NCBI GenBank assembly: GCA_002269645.1
Contig: NIVC01004222.1
Coordinates: forward strand, 1 to 54,222
Length of the DNA stretch: 54,222 nt
Origin: Macrostomum lignano
Lineage: Eukaryota
Direction of reading: 5' to 3'
The position numbers were made by a program, and so were the translations under genes. Numbering within the stretch: the first letter of the stretch is position 1; every line of letters begins with the position of its first letter. This document shows, piece by piece, positions 35,346 to 46,498 of the stretch. The notes under the pieces were generated by a model. It had not been told where the DNA came from. It made no database searches and was given only the letters and a program-made list of their open reading frames with translations.

Positions 35346-35897
35346 TAGGTCCTTTCAAGGCACTATCAGTGTGTGTGTCGAAGCCGCCCATTTTGCAACC
35401 CTCGCCCGCAGCCCAGCTGACCGTCCTGGCTTTCGGAGGCTGCAACGACGAGCTGCTGCCGGCTCTGCTCTCCCGGCTGCCCCGCCTTCGCCGCCTCCAG
35501 CTCTACGACTGCGGCCGCCTGACCCGCCAGGCCTGGGCGAACCTGCGAGACCTTCGGAGCCTCGGAGCTGCCATGCCCGACCCGCACGAGTTCTGGGCCA
35601 TCTGCTGCAGGAAGTCCGTGCTCACGGAGAGAGGCGGTGGCCGACCTGTGCGCCAGTCCGGTCGCCAGGGGCCTGCGGCGGCTCAGCCTGTCAAAATGCG
35701 ACCGGCTGACCGCCGCCTCTGTCGCCAGCATCGCCAGAGGCTGCCCGTGGCTGCTCAACCTGGATCTCTGCGGCTTCGACTGCATCGCCAGAGACGAGCG
35801 CCTCGAGGCGGCCTTCGGGCAGCGGGTGAACCTCAGCGGCTTGTGGAGGTCGGAGACGGCAGCTCTGGCGGAGGACGGCTGTGAAGTGGAAACTGGC

Positions 35898-36802
35898 AGT
35901 GACAGTGACAGTGACAGTGACAGTGACTGATTGGCTGTGACAGTGACTGAGTGGTTGTGACAGTGACTGAGTGGTTGTGACAGTGACAGTGACTGATTGG
36001 CTGTGACAGTGACTGATTGGCTGACAGTGACTGATTGGCTGTGACAGTGACTGATTGGCTGTGACAGTGACTGATTGGCTGACAGTGACTGATTGGCTGT
36101 GACAGTGACAGTGACAGTGACAGTGACTGATTGGCTGTGACAGTGACTGAGTGGTTGTGACAGTGACTGAGTGGTTGTGACAGTGACAGTGACTGATTGG
36201 CTGTGACAGTGACTGATTGGCTGACAGTGACTGATTGGCTGTGACAGTGACTGATTGGCTGTGACAGTGACTGATTGGCTGTGACAGTGACTGATTGGCT
36301 GTGACAGTGACTGATTGGCTGTGACAGTGACTGATTGGCTGTGACAGTGACTGATTGGCTGTGACAGTGACTGATTGGCTGTGACAGTGACTGATTGGCT
36401 GTGACAGTGACTGATTGGCTGTGACAGTGACTGATTGGCTGTGACAGTGACTGATTGGCTGTGACAGTGACTGATTGGCTGTGACAGTGACTGATTGGCT
36501 GTGACAGTGACTGATTGGCTGTGACAGTGACTGATTGGCTGTGACAGTGACTGATTGGCTGTGACAGTGACTGATTGGCTGTGACAGTGACTGATTGGCT
36601 GTGACAGTGACTGATTGGCTGTGACAGTGACTGATTGGCTGTGACAGTGACTGATTGGCTGTGACAGTGACTGATTGGCTGTGACAGTGACTGATTGGCT
36701 GTGACAGTGACTGATTGGCTGTGACAGTGACTGATTGGCTGTGACAGTGACTGATTGGCTGTGACAGTGACTGATTGGCTGTGACAGTGACTGATTGGCT
36801 GT
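35898..36802. repeat. (GACAGT)n seeding a 20-bp minisatellite (GTGACAGTGACTGATTGGCT)
   Basis: It starts inside the last codons of unit D (SDSDSDSD*) and becomes a perfectly homogeneous 20-mer array. Confidence 0.95.
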
Positions 36803-36992
36803 GCAAAAATATTTTCTATACGCAGAAATCTCTATCAAACAAAAAATCTTGGCTTGTAGAAGAATCTTTATGCTAAATATACTCAGTGCCTTACTGACTT
36901 ATTTCTTCACGTTAGAAATTTTTTATCTGCACCAAATCGTTGGGTTGATTTAGCGACATCTTGACTTTTATTTCTAAGGAGCACTGCTGACT

Positions 36993-37715
36993 GAGAAGCA
37001 AATGTCACTGAAGGAGAAGCAAATGTCACTGAAACAGAAGCAAATGTCACTGAAGGAGAAGCAAATGTCACTGAAGGAGAAGCAAATGTCACTGAAACAG
37101 AAGCAAATGTCACTGAAAGAGAAGCAAAAGTCACTGAAGGAGAAGCAAATGTCACTGAAACAGAAGCAAATGTCACTGAAAGAGAAGCAAAAGTCACTGA
37201 AGGAGAAGCAAATGTCACTGAAGGAGAAGCAAATGTCACTGAAGGAGAAGCAAATGTCACTGAAGGAGAAGCAAATGTCACTGAATGGAAAACAAATATC
37301 ACTGAAGGAGAAGCAAATGTCACTGAATGGAAAGCAAAAGTCACTGAAGGAGAAGAAAATGTCACTGAAAGAGAAGCAAATGTCACTGAAAGAGAAGCAA
37401 AAGTCACTGAAGGAGAAGCAAATGTCACTGAAGGAGAAGCAAATGTCACTGAAGGAGAAGCAAATGTCACTGAAACAGAAGCAAATGTCACTGAAAGAGA
37501 AGCAAAAGTCACTGAAGGAGAAGCAAATGTCACTGAAGGAGAAGCAAATGTCACTGAAGGAGAAGCAAATGTCACTGAAGGAGAAGCAAATGTCACTGAA
37601 GGAGAAGCAAATGTCACTGAAACAGAAGCAAATGTCACTGAAAGAGAAGCAAAAGTCACTGAAGGAGAAGCAAATGTCACTGAAGGAGAAGCAAATGTCA
37701 CTGAAGGAGAAGCTT
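36993..37715. repeat. 21-bp minisatellite (GAGAAGCAAATGTCACTGAAG)
   Basis: About 34 copies. Two plus frames (KQMSLKE, ANVTEGE) and one minus frame are stop-free. Confidence 0.95.
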
Positions 37716-38402
37716 TAGCACCAAAGGGGCGCCATCACCAAGGGCGCCATCACCAAGGGGCGCCACAGCTGCAGTAAAGAGGTTTTTGAGCCCACTTGCC
37801 AATCTCTTCCTGGCTATGCCCCTGTTATGCGGTACGAACATGTACATGTAGTAGTATGTAGGAAAGATACTTCAGAAGCAGATTTAAGTAAGGCTGAATC
37901 TATGAGCAAATTGTAAGTTGTTGCTATTCAAACCCACTTAGCAAGACTAAGCGCTGACGCAGACCCTTCTCGGGATACATGGATAATCTCGCTCTCTGTA
38001 GCGCTTAGGACAGGGAATTGGTGAGGTGATAAAGGCGAAAGCAGACAATTGACGAAGCAGCTGGGGCGCAAGCAGGCACGAACTCCCCCAAACGCCAAAG
38101 AAAAGAAATACAGACAGGGCGAAAGGGCATCTTTTAGGCAAGAGTGAAAAATGCACAGTTGAACAAAGAAACGTGAAAAACAAACAAGACAAAATTGCTC
38201 AAAACCGCTCGAAACGCAATGTCAGAGCCTAAATGGGCACGCAAGCAAATACACCGATTACGTCACTCCTCCAATGGCCGATGCGCTGGATCTCCTCGAC
38301 GGCAGGCCTGATCGGTGGGCCCACGTCCTCTGCGTAAGCCATCGGCAGACAAAGAACCCGTTCGGGAGCCTGCCGCCGCCGCCAAGAGCGCTTCAAGAAG
38401 AC

Positions 38403-38560
38403 GTTGAATCCTGGATGCTGACAGAATCATCGCCGGCTCGCCGTTGAATCCGGATGCTGACAGAATCATCTGAATCCGGATGCTGACAAAATCATCGCCG
38501 GCTCGCCGTTGAACCCGGATGCTGACAGAATCATCTGAATCCGGATGCTGACAGAATCAT
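38403..38560. repeat. Compound short tandem repeat (GAATCCGGATGCTGACAGAATCATC +/- GCCGGCTCGCCGTT)
   Basis: About 5 copies visible. Confidence 0.8.
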
Positions 38561-41192
38561 CGCAGGCTCGCGAATGAACCTCCCGGACTGGGTTTTTACA
38601 TAGGTTGCAAAATCGCATCCAACGTTTAGATTCTAAGAATATGATTTGGTGAGTCAGGATGCCGTAGCATCGATCCCTATCGCAAAAAAACGGAGCTCCC
38701 AGATTACTGAGGTGAAGGTGACCGGGTGACCTCGCTATAGCCTGGGCAGAAAAGCCTGGTACAGCCCTCTTTAAACTGAATTGTGTTGCTGTTATCTGGT
38801 TTTGATGCCGCCTTGGTGATGCTGCATGTTGGCAACACTCTAAGCATGGCTTGGCGGACCGCTGAGCTGGCGGGAGGCTGCTGGAGCGGCAGAACATGCT
38901 TCACCACCCAGAAAACTTTCGCCCGTTTGGCCGCCTATTAAAATACGCAATTAGGGCCAATAAAAACATAGCAAAAACAAAAGAAACAAAAAAATAGTAA
39001 TTAGGGCCTAGTACTCGTAATATAGCTACTGTGATGTGAGCATCTTACGCGAACTGTATTTTTTGTTGCAATTATTTTATTTGTTATTCTATTTTTAGCT
39101 CTTTTTCTTTTCTCAAGTACGCCAAGTCAGTTTAGAATTTATCATTGTTGCGAAATAGTTCACCCCGGCTTACGCGGCTGGCCAATCAGAACCGGGCTGG
39201 ACCCCGGGCACGTGGTGCGGCTGCAAGGCGAAATCTACCAGGCCCGAGAGCGGGCTGCGGGTCCAGTGCAATCGGGATTCTCGACTGGCTTGCCAGCCAC
39301 CCGGCTGAGGGAGGAATTTGGACGATTGTTTTTAGCAGCCAGGCCTCACATCAAAGTTTTCCGCCTCGCAATCGTCTGATCAGCTAAGGTTAATTGTCGC
39401 GCTTTAAGCGTGTGACACAGCCCTACTATACAGCTCTTTCTTTGCTCCAACCGAGCTCGACCTCATTCGGCTTGCCAGTTAGCTGGCAGCTTTCTGCTTT
39501 CCGCGTCTTGAAGGTGCACCGCTGGTCAAGGGTGGTCTACTCGTAGATAGGCGACTGTTGTCGAAGTCAGTGCGTGCTCTCTTCGGAGACTCTGCATACC
39601 ATTTGGCAAAAGGTGTGCTAAACGATAGGATTTGTCGGGGCAGTGCTCGAAATTGCTCCAATTTGCTTCGCATTATTAAGCGTTAATTAAGAATCAATTT
39701 ATCTGAATCCGGTGTAATTATATAATCAAAGTACATTCAAGTCGAAATCTACTGTCAGCAGCAGTATTATCAAGTCTGAGTAACACTCAATCGAATCTAT
39801 TAAAAATCGTGTTTATTCGATCATGTACTTGTTTGTACCATACATGTACCTGCGACTATGGAGAAAGTACTCTGACCGGCGATAGGTAAATAGGAGTTAT
39901 ACGAGTGCAGATTTAAAATCTCCAAATCGCTCCATTAGGTTTGTAAAGGGCCGTAATTCCCTATCGCAATTTCTGTAATTTAAATATTACATTACTTTTA
40001 CCTGCTGTAATGCCTTAAGCTGCATATAGGCCTTTATACCTATGCCCTACACACCAAGCTTAGCTTAGATCATCCCATGGGTCAATAAATGATCAAGGAT
40101 GGTCATGGTGCTTAATCATAGTTTATACATACGCAATTTAATAATTTCGTTCAAGTTTGTCACTTCAAATTCACCAGTTATCACAAAATAGAAAAGAAGT
40201 AAATTGTAAAGTAAATTTTAAAATATAAATTTTTATGAAGAAATTAGAAAGTTCGAAATAATAATATTTACTCTGCTTCAAAACTCTGTAATAATTGATT
40301 TCCTTTTGGCTTTTGTTTAACATCACCGCATCATTTTGCTTTAATAAATTTATAGTAGTTTATCGAAGTGACTGGCGGCCCATGCCATGCTTGAAGCTGT
40401 TCCTGACTTGGATAAGTTTAATTCAAGCATCAATCACTTGAGCCCATACTTCAAAATGATCATGATCTAGACTGTATAAGACTTAGTTATGCAACTCAAA
40501 TATAGAAAACAGAGGAAACCTCAACAAGTTTATTGCTTTATTTTAACAGACTTTGAGTCTTTGATTCTATAACTTATAAGAATGATTTCCTTAATAATAA
40601 AGCATAGGCCTAGACCAAGCCAAAGAATAATTTTGGAGGCTAGGAGCTAGGTTTATTAATATTGTTATTGTACAGTACATTATGATAATAATAACACTAA
40701 AAGTAGGCCCTAATCTAAAAGTTCCTAACATTTTAAACTTTAGGCCTAATATATAATAAATAGAGGCCTAATGTATTTCACATTTTTCATCTTAGTTAGG
40801 CCTATGAGAATTTTTACCTAAAGCAAATGGTAGGCCTATTGATAGGCCTATCCTATGGTAGCCTTGATCTATATTATAGACTATGTTTTGGTCTAGCCCA
40901 TCTTCTTTGTCTATCTTCTAGGCCCAGACACAACTATGTCTATTGTGTCTAGATTTAAGATTTCTAAAGAATTTATTTTTTTTAAGATAGCTAGGTCTAA
41001 CAATATGAAACAATAGCCAAAAGGTAGCATTAGCAAGAATATATACCATATCTACATAACTAACTAAATGTTTAAAATTTATATTGTTTTAGAATGCTAG
41101 TCAGGTAAAATGATTTTGCCAATGTAGAAAACTACTGCAGTATATAGATTTGCCTATAGTAGACCTAGACAGGACTAGGTAATTGCCAATAA

Positions 41193-43926
41193 TCTCTACA
41201 TATAAAAATCAAAACTCTGTCTGTCTGTCTGTGGACAAATTACTTCGCTATGGACTCTCAAACCGCTCAACCAAATGACACCAAACTTTACACCCACCCT
41301 AAACTACGGAGAATGTCTTAGGCTACCTTTTAATTTCCTAGACTCAAGTCTTCCTACCTAAAAGTACAAAAAACTGCTCAAAATGCGCGATTTTTTCACT
41401 TAATCCTCCATAGCGCCGCTCCACTTCTACCAATTCTCTTTAAATTTGACACAGACAATCTTCAACTATTTTGACACAATCGTGTAAAATTTCAAGTCTC
41501 AAAGTTGATCCCGAACGGTGCTGTGCACTTTTAAAGTTTGGCTGTTTTTTTCAGCGTGGTAGCCACCCCAACCTCCGCCCGCCTGCCCTCTTTCCCGATC
41601 TGGCTGGGCCCAGATGTGTAAAAGGGTTTCAAAATTGACTAAATTTCAGCTGCCATAAGTTTGCTCCACGTAAAGCGATTGACTTCAAACTTGACACAAT
41701 TCTTCATTGACTCATTCTCTGTCTACATGTAAAGTTTCAACTCTGTAACTCAACCGAAAAAGAAACTAAGCATGTGAAATTTGTCTGCTTTTCTGTTGTT
41801 TGTGCCACTCACTCACTCATTCCCCCAGAGCCAGACGAAGGGTCAGGCGATAGGACTGAATGTACATAGCAAATGTACAGTGTTTTGGAATAACTTTATT
41901 TATAGCCTTCCTTCTCTGCACCCCGAGAGTGGAGAGGCTACGTTTAGCCATAACAGTTTAGTGAGAAATTCCAACCAATGCCCTCTGTATTGGCAAACTC
42001 AGCAGTTTAACAGTGGATGGTAATTGGCAAATCGAGGGAATCCAGCATGGTTTGTAAAAGCGAAAGATTTATGAAAAGGCGATGCGATGCAATGCAATAC
42101 AACCCTACTAAATTAGGCACACCATGGAAATTTTAGGTTTCTTTTAAAGGTACTGTGTAAATATTAAATGGCCTTCTAAGAAATGCGTATTTCCTTGGTT
42201 GTTAGACTGATGCAGACTGCAGTGGAGCTGAAGATACACAAATTCCTTTCAGGGCTGCAAATTGGCAAGAAAGATGACGTGATCAAAGCATGAGAACAAC
42301 CATAAGAGTACTACGTCCCACAAACTGGCTTTTCAAGCAGGGATGGGCAGACTTTTACCTCAAAGGCCAGATAAAGAATCCAGCTCATGGCTGAGGGGCA
42401 GATGAGAGTGGAAAGAAGAAGGAATAGACGATTCGAAGAGAGGAGAAGCGAAAGAGGGGATAAAAGAAAAGATAAAAGATAATAGGAGAGATGAGGGGGT
42501 GAGGACGATGAGAGAGAGGGGGAAAATAGGGGAGAGAGGAAAAGCGAGAGGAGAGAGTAGAGATGAGAGAGCAGAGAGCTGCAGATGAGATGAGAGAGCA
42601 GAGAGGAGAGCAGAGAGTAAAGGGAAGAGAGAAGAGATAAAGATACATCTCTACATCTCTAAGGTTGTAGAGATGAGAGAGGTGGAAGGAGAGATGAGAA
42701 ATGAGAGATGAGAGATAAAGGAGAGAGGAGAGTGGAGTGAGAGAAGAGAGGGAGAGAGAGTATAGAAAAGGGAAGAAAAGAGAAAAAAAGAAAGGAGAAA
42801 GGAAAGTGAGGAGTCAAAAGAGGGGTAAGAAAAGAGTACAGAGGAGAGAGGTGAGAGAACATATAAGACAGAGATGCCAGATTAAAGAGGGGGGTGAGAG
42901 AGCAGAGACGAGAGTGAACAGATGAAAGATGGGAGAGTAGAGAGAACAGAGGAGAGATAAGAGAGAAGAGATTACAGAGACGAGAGGAGAGAGGAGAGAC
43001 AAATGTAGAGAAGTGAGTGAGGAGAGAGGAGAGGGGAGAGAGTAGAGAGAGGAGGAGAGAGGGAGAGGAAAGAGAATGGAGAGGGGAGAGAGTAGAGAGA
43101 GGAGGAGAGATAAGAGAGAAGAGGGGGAGAGAGGAGAGAGGAGAGGAGAGAGAAATGAGGAGAGATAAGAGAGAAAAGATAAAAGAAGAGAAAGGAAAGA
43201 TGAGAGAGCAAAGACGAGAGAGAAAAGAGGTGAGGAAAGAGACGAGAGAAGAGGGGAGAGATGAGAGAGTTAAGAGAAGAGAGAAAAGATAAAAGAAGAG
43301 AAAGGAAAGATGAGAGAGCAAAGACGAGAGAATAGAGGTGAGGGAAGTGACGAGAGAAGAGGGGAGAGATGAGAGAGTAGAGGAGAGAGTTAAGAGAAGA
43401 GAGAAAAGAATAGAAAGGAGAAGGAAGAAAAGAGAGAATAGGGGGTGAGAGGAGAGAGGAGAGGGGGAGAGAGGAGAGAGGAGAGGAGAGAGAAAGCAAA
43501 AAAGTAGAGAGGAGAGAGGAGAGGAGAGAGAAAAGAAGAGACAAGAGATGAGATAAGAGAGATGAGGAAAGATACGAGAGAAGAGGGGAGAGAGGAGAGA
43601 GGAGAGACGAGGGACGAGAGAGATGAGAGGAAACAAAGAGACGATAGAAATTTTAAAGGATCCAAGGGACGTAGGGAGAGTCAGGGAGAGACCAGAGTTT
43701 AGCAATATATGTTTTAGAGTCAGACAGACATTGCCTGACATTCTGCGCAGTACCCCAGCCAACAATGTCTCAACCCCTAATTTTACACGAATGTGCTCCA
43801 TTTTATGTCTACTTCTATCCTACTATTAATTTGTTTGTGTATGGCCTTAGATTTCAGAATACATGCAAAAGTAGTTCCGGGGATTGGAATTCCCCGGGTT
43901 CAAAATCCGCGGGTTTCAACAGCTTG
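41193..43926 (+). mobile_element. Putative non-autonomous Helitron-like element with internal AG-rich expansion
   Basis: 5' A|TCTCTACATATAAAAATC followed by (CTGT)n. Near the 3' end is a hairpin CCGGGGA..TCCCCGG, then CCGCGGGTTTCAACAGCTTG|T. No coding remnant. Confidence 0.4.
42400..43690. repeat. AG-rich low-complexity / degenerate microsatellite
   Basis: Almost exclusively purine (GAGAG, GGAGA) repeats. Confidence 0.95.
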
Positions 43927-44539
43927 TGTAACTAATAAAGAGAAAAATCCCATGGATAAGTTAGTGTGAAAGTCATTTGCTCTTCTTGATTAGATCTCTA
44001 AGAAAGATTGAATGCTATGAGATATTTTTAAAAACAAATATTAGTGACCTATCTCAGCTCCCTAAGCAGGTACACAATTCATTTTTACACTTTTTCAACA
44101 TAGTCCCCTCCAATTTTGATGCAATTTTTGCAAGGATCTATCAACTTTCTAAAAGCCAAGACAAAGGCTTCTGCTAGGAGACTTCTCATAACCTATTGTG
44201 ACTCATTTTTTGACTGAGTTTCTAGCAAGCTAGACTAGATGCCTGATAACTCTTTTTACTTTAGGAGAGGCAGAAGTCTGTAGAAGCCAGATCTGGCAAG
44301 TATGGCAGATAAGAAAGTACATGGGTTAAATATCTCTCTAGAAAACTCCTCATGTTTTCTATTGAATAAATAGGTTCGTTATCCCAATGAAAAATCATTG
44401 CTGCTTAGTCAGGCCATCAGGCCAAGATTATTATAGAGGATCAAGTGGACAGTGTTAATAAAATGGCTGAATTTAGTTGCTAATTCCTCAACTATCACAC
44501 AATGGACCAATTTCACTATAGTCTAAATAACAGCACAGA

Positions 44540-44961
44540 GTGTTGCCGACTCTTTGCTCGGCTGCCAAACCTGCGCTGCCTGTTGATGTCCAGAGTCTCG
44601 GAGCTCCCCTAGCTGACCTGCAGAGTCTCGGAGCTCCCCTAGCTGACCTGCAGAGTCTCAGAGCTCCCCTAGCTGACCTGCAGAGTCTCAGAGCTGGGGG
44701 GGGGGGGTTTCACTAGGCCGAAATTTCACTTTGCCGAAAGCATCTTCCTTCACAAGGCCGAAACTTCATTAGGCAAAAATGTCACTTTGCCGAAAAATCA
44801 TTTTAGCAACCTCTTTCACTAGGCCAAAACTAACAAAATTAATTTAATTAACTTGATTACGTCTCCATGTACGATCCAGATCCAGACCAGCAGCCGATTT
44901 CACAGTAGCATAAATGTAAAACTGTAAATTGGCACTATCTATCTATCTATCTATCTATCTC

Positions 44962-45022
<61 letters not shown>

Positions 45023-45442
45023 TTGTCTATCTATTTTGGAGGCTTAAGTTCACATCCCCTTTAGACCATAGTAAGGATGCTGCTAAAATGATTTTTTGGC
45101 AAAGTGAAGTTTCGGCCTAGTGAAGTTTCGGCCTTATGAAAGAGCGTGCTAGTAATTTCTGCAATGTAAAGTTTCGGCCTAGTGAAGTTTCGGCCTAGTG
45201 AAAAAGAGTGTTTTTCGGCGAAGTGAAATTTCGGTCTAATGAAAGCGCCCCAGGGCCCCGGGGCGCAGCTCCCCTAGCTGCGCCAGTCCGGTTGCTATAG
45301 GCCTGCGGCGGCCGAGTGCGGCCGAGTGACCGCCGCCTCCCTGGCCAGCATCGCCGACGGCTGCCTGCGGTTTGCTGAACTGACGCTATACCACTTCAAG
45401 GCGGCCTTCGAGCTGAGGAGCATCGACTTGTCCGCGTGCTGA
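44540..45442 (+). pseudogene. Relic of F-box/LRR exon 3 (unit E), interrupted by a 30-bp repeat and a MITE
   Basis: Remnants LPTL.ARLPNLRCL (about 44545) and CASPVAIGLRR..VTAASLASIADGC..FKAAFELRSIDLSAC* (about 45278-45442) match exon 3 of the other units. Confidence 0.75.
44696..45266. mobile_element. MITE with subterminal GCCGAAA/TTCACT repeats, containing (TATC)n
   Basis: Inverted TTTCACTAGGCCGAAATTTCACTTTGCCGAAA vs TTTCGGCGAAGTGAAATTTCGGTCTAATGAAA. AGCT on both flanks (44692-44695, 45267-45270). (TATC)n at about 44935-45022. Confidence 0.7.
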
Positions 45443-45489
45443 CTGTGGCCTTGGCTGCTCGCTTTTTAATGAACTTCGGTGTGCAGCGA

Positions 45490-46100
45490 AGTAGACCAGC
45501 AGGCATGACTGTGGCCTCTGTAAATTTCATTAGATAGATGCAGTAGATAGCAGACAGACATGCTGACAGACTGACAGACTAACAGACAGACAGCAAACAG
45601 ACAGACAGACAGACGACAGACAGACACAAACAGACAGATACACAGACAGAGACAGACAGACAGACAGACGGGCAGGCGGGGAGACAGACAGACAGACAAA
45701 CAGACAGATACACAGACAGAGACAGACAGACAGACAGACGGGCAGGCAGGGAGACAGGCAGACAGACACTAGATAAATATACAGTAATAAGTCACACAGC
45801 ATGACTGTGGCCTCTGTAAATTTCATTAGATAGATGCAGTAGATAGCAGACAGACATGCTGACAGACTGACAGACAGACAGCAAACAGACAGACAGACAC
45901 AAACAGACAGATACACAGACAGAGACAGACAGACGGGCAGGCAGGGAGACAGACAGACAAACAAACAGACAGAGACAGACAGACAGACAGACGGGCAGGC
46001 AGGGAGACAGGCAGACAGACAAACAGACAGACGGGCAGGCAGACAGACAAACAGGCAGACAGACGGGCAGGCTGGGAGGCAGACACTAGATAAATAAACA
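45490..46100. repeat. Compound (AGAC)n microsatellite within a ~300-bp duplicated unit
   Basis: CATGACTGTGGCCTCTGTAAATTTCATTAGATAG occurs at about 45503 and 45799, each followed by AGAC runs. Confidence 0.85.
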
Positions 46101-46498
46101 GATTACAAGCCAACCATTTCGTTGCGTGACTCCAAAGCAACCAGGCGGCAGGTAGTCAGAGCAGTCGTCTCCACCATGAAGGCCCGCAAGCCTGGGAGTT
46201 GTGCATGTTGATGCGCAGTGAAGCGAGCACCAGGGGAAATAACAGTTATATACAGTATAGTTTTCATTTTCAGTCATTTGTTTTTTGTCTCTCTACCTCC
46301 AGTGTTCGGAGCTCTGAATGAAATCACTGAATTGCAGTTTTTGCAGGTATTAAATATATCGCTGTGCGCTGTGGATATAATTCTAGCATATCCCACCCTT
46401 GCAAATGAATTGGTAATTTTGCATTATAAAATGCAGAGCACTTTGTAGAGATAAATGCTTCAATGACTGACTGCCTTTGCCACTTCCCAGCTTTACAG

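Larger units (their letters stand above)
33290..35930 (+). pseudogene. LRR unit D (type III), F-box missing, frameshifted
   Basis: The N-terminus MAEACASQERPAPKSLRLEAAEAAGE stops at 33383-33385. LRR exon 2 at about 34644-35037 (ELRELLRRLPRLSEL..LPLSLRLLQL) is frameshifted. Exon 3 at 35412-35930 (LLPALLSRLPRLRRLQLYDCGRLTRQAWANL..ADLCASPVARGLRRL) has a frameshift near 35630. Confidence 0.75.

Noticed and set aside
35366-36838. 490-aa and 371-aa minus-strand ORFs
   Set aside because: Stop-free readings of the 20-bp array, antisense to unit D.
33445-37715. CRISPR-like arrays among the regular repeats
   Set aside because: These are head-to-tail units with no unique spacers, no cas genes and a eukaryotic context.
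37950-39700. Short GC-rich ORFs possibly from a gene or transposon
   Set aside because: No recognisable motif in any frame and no consistent splice structure.
42385-43801. Leu/Ser-rich 380-aa membrane-protein-like ORF
   Set aside because: The reverse complement of an AG-rich low-complexity tract.
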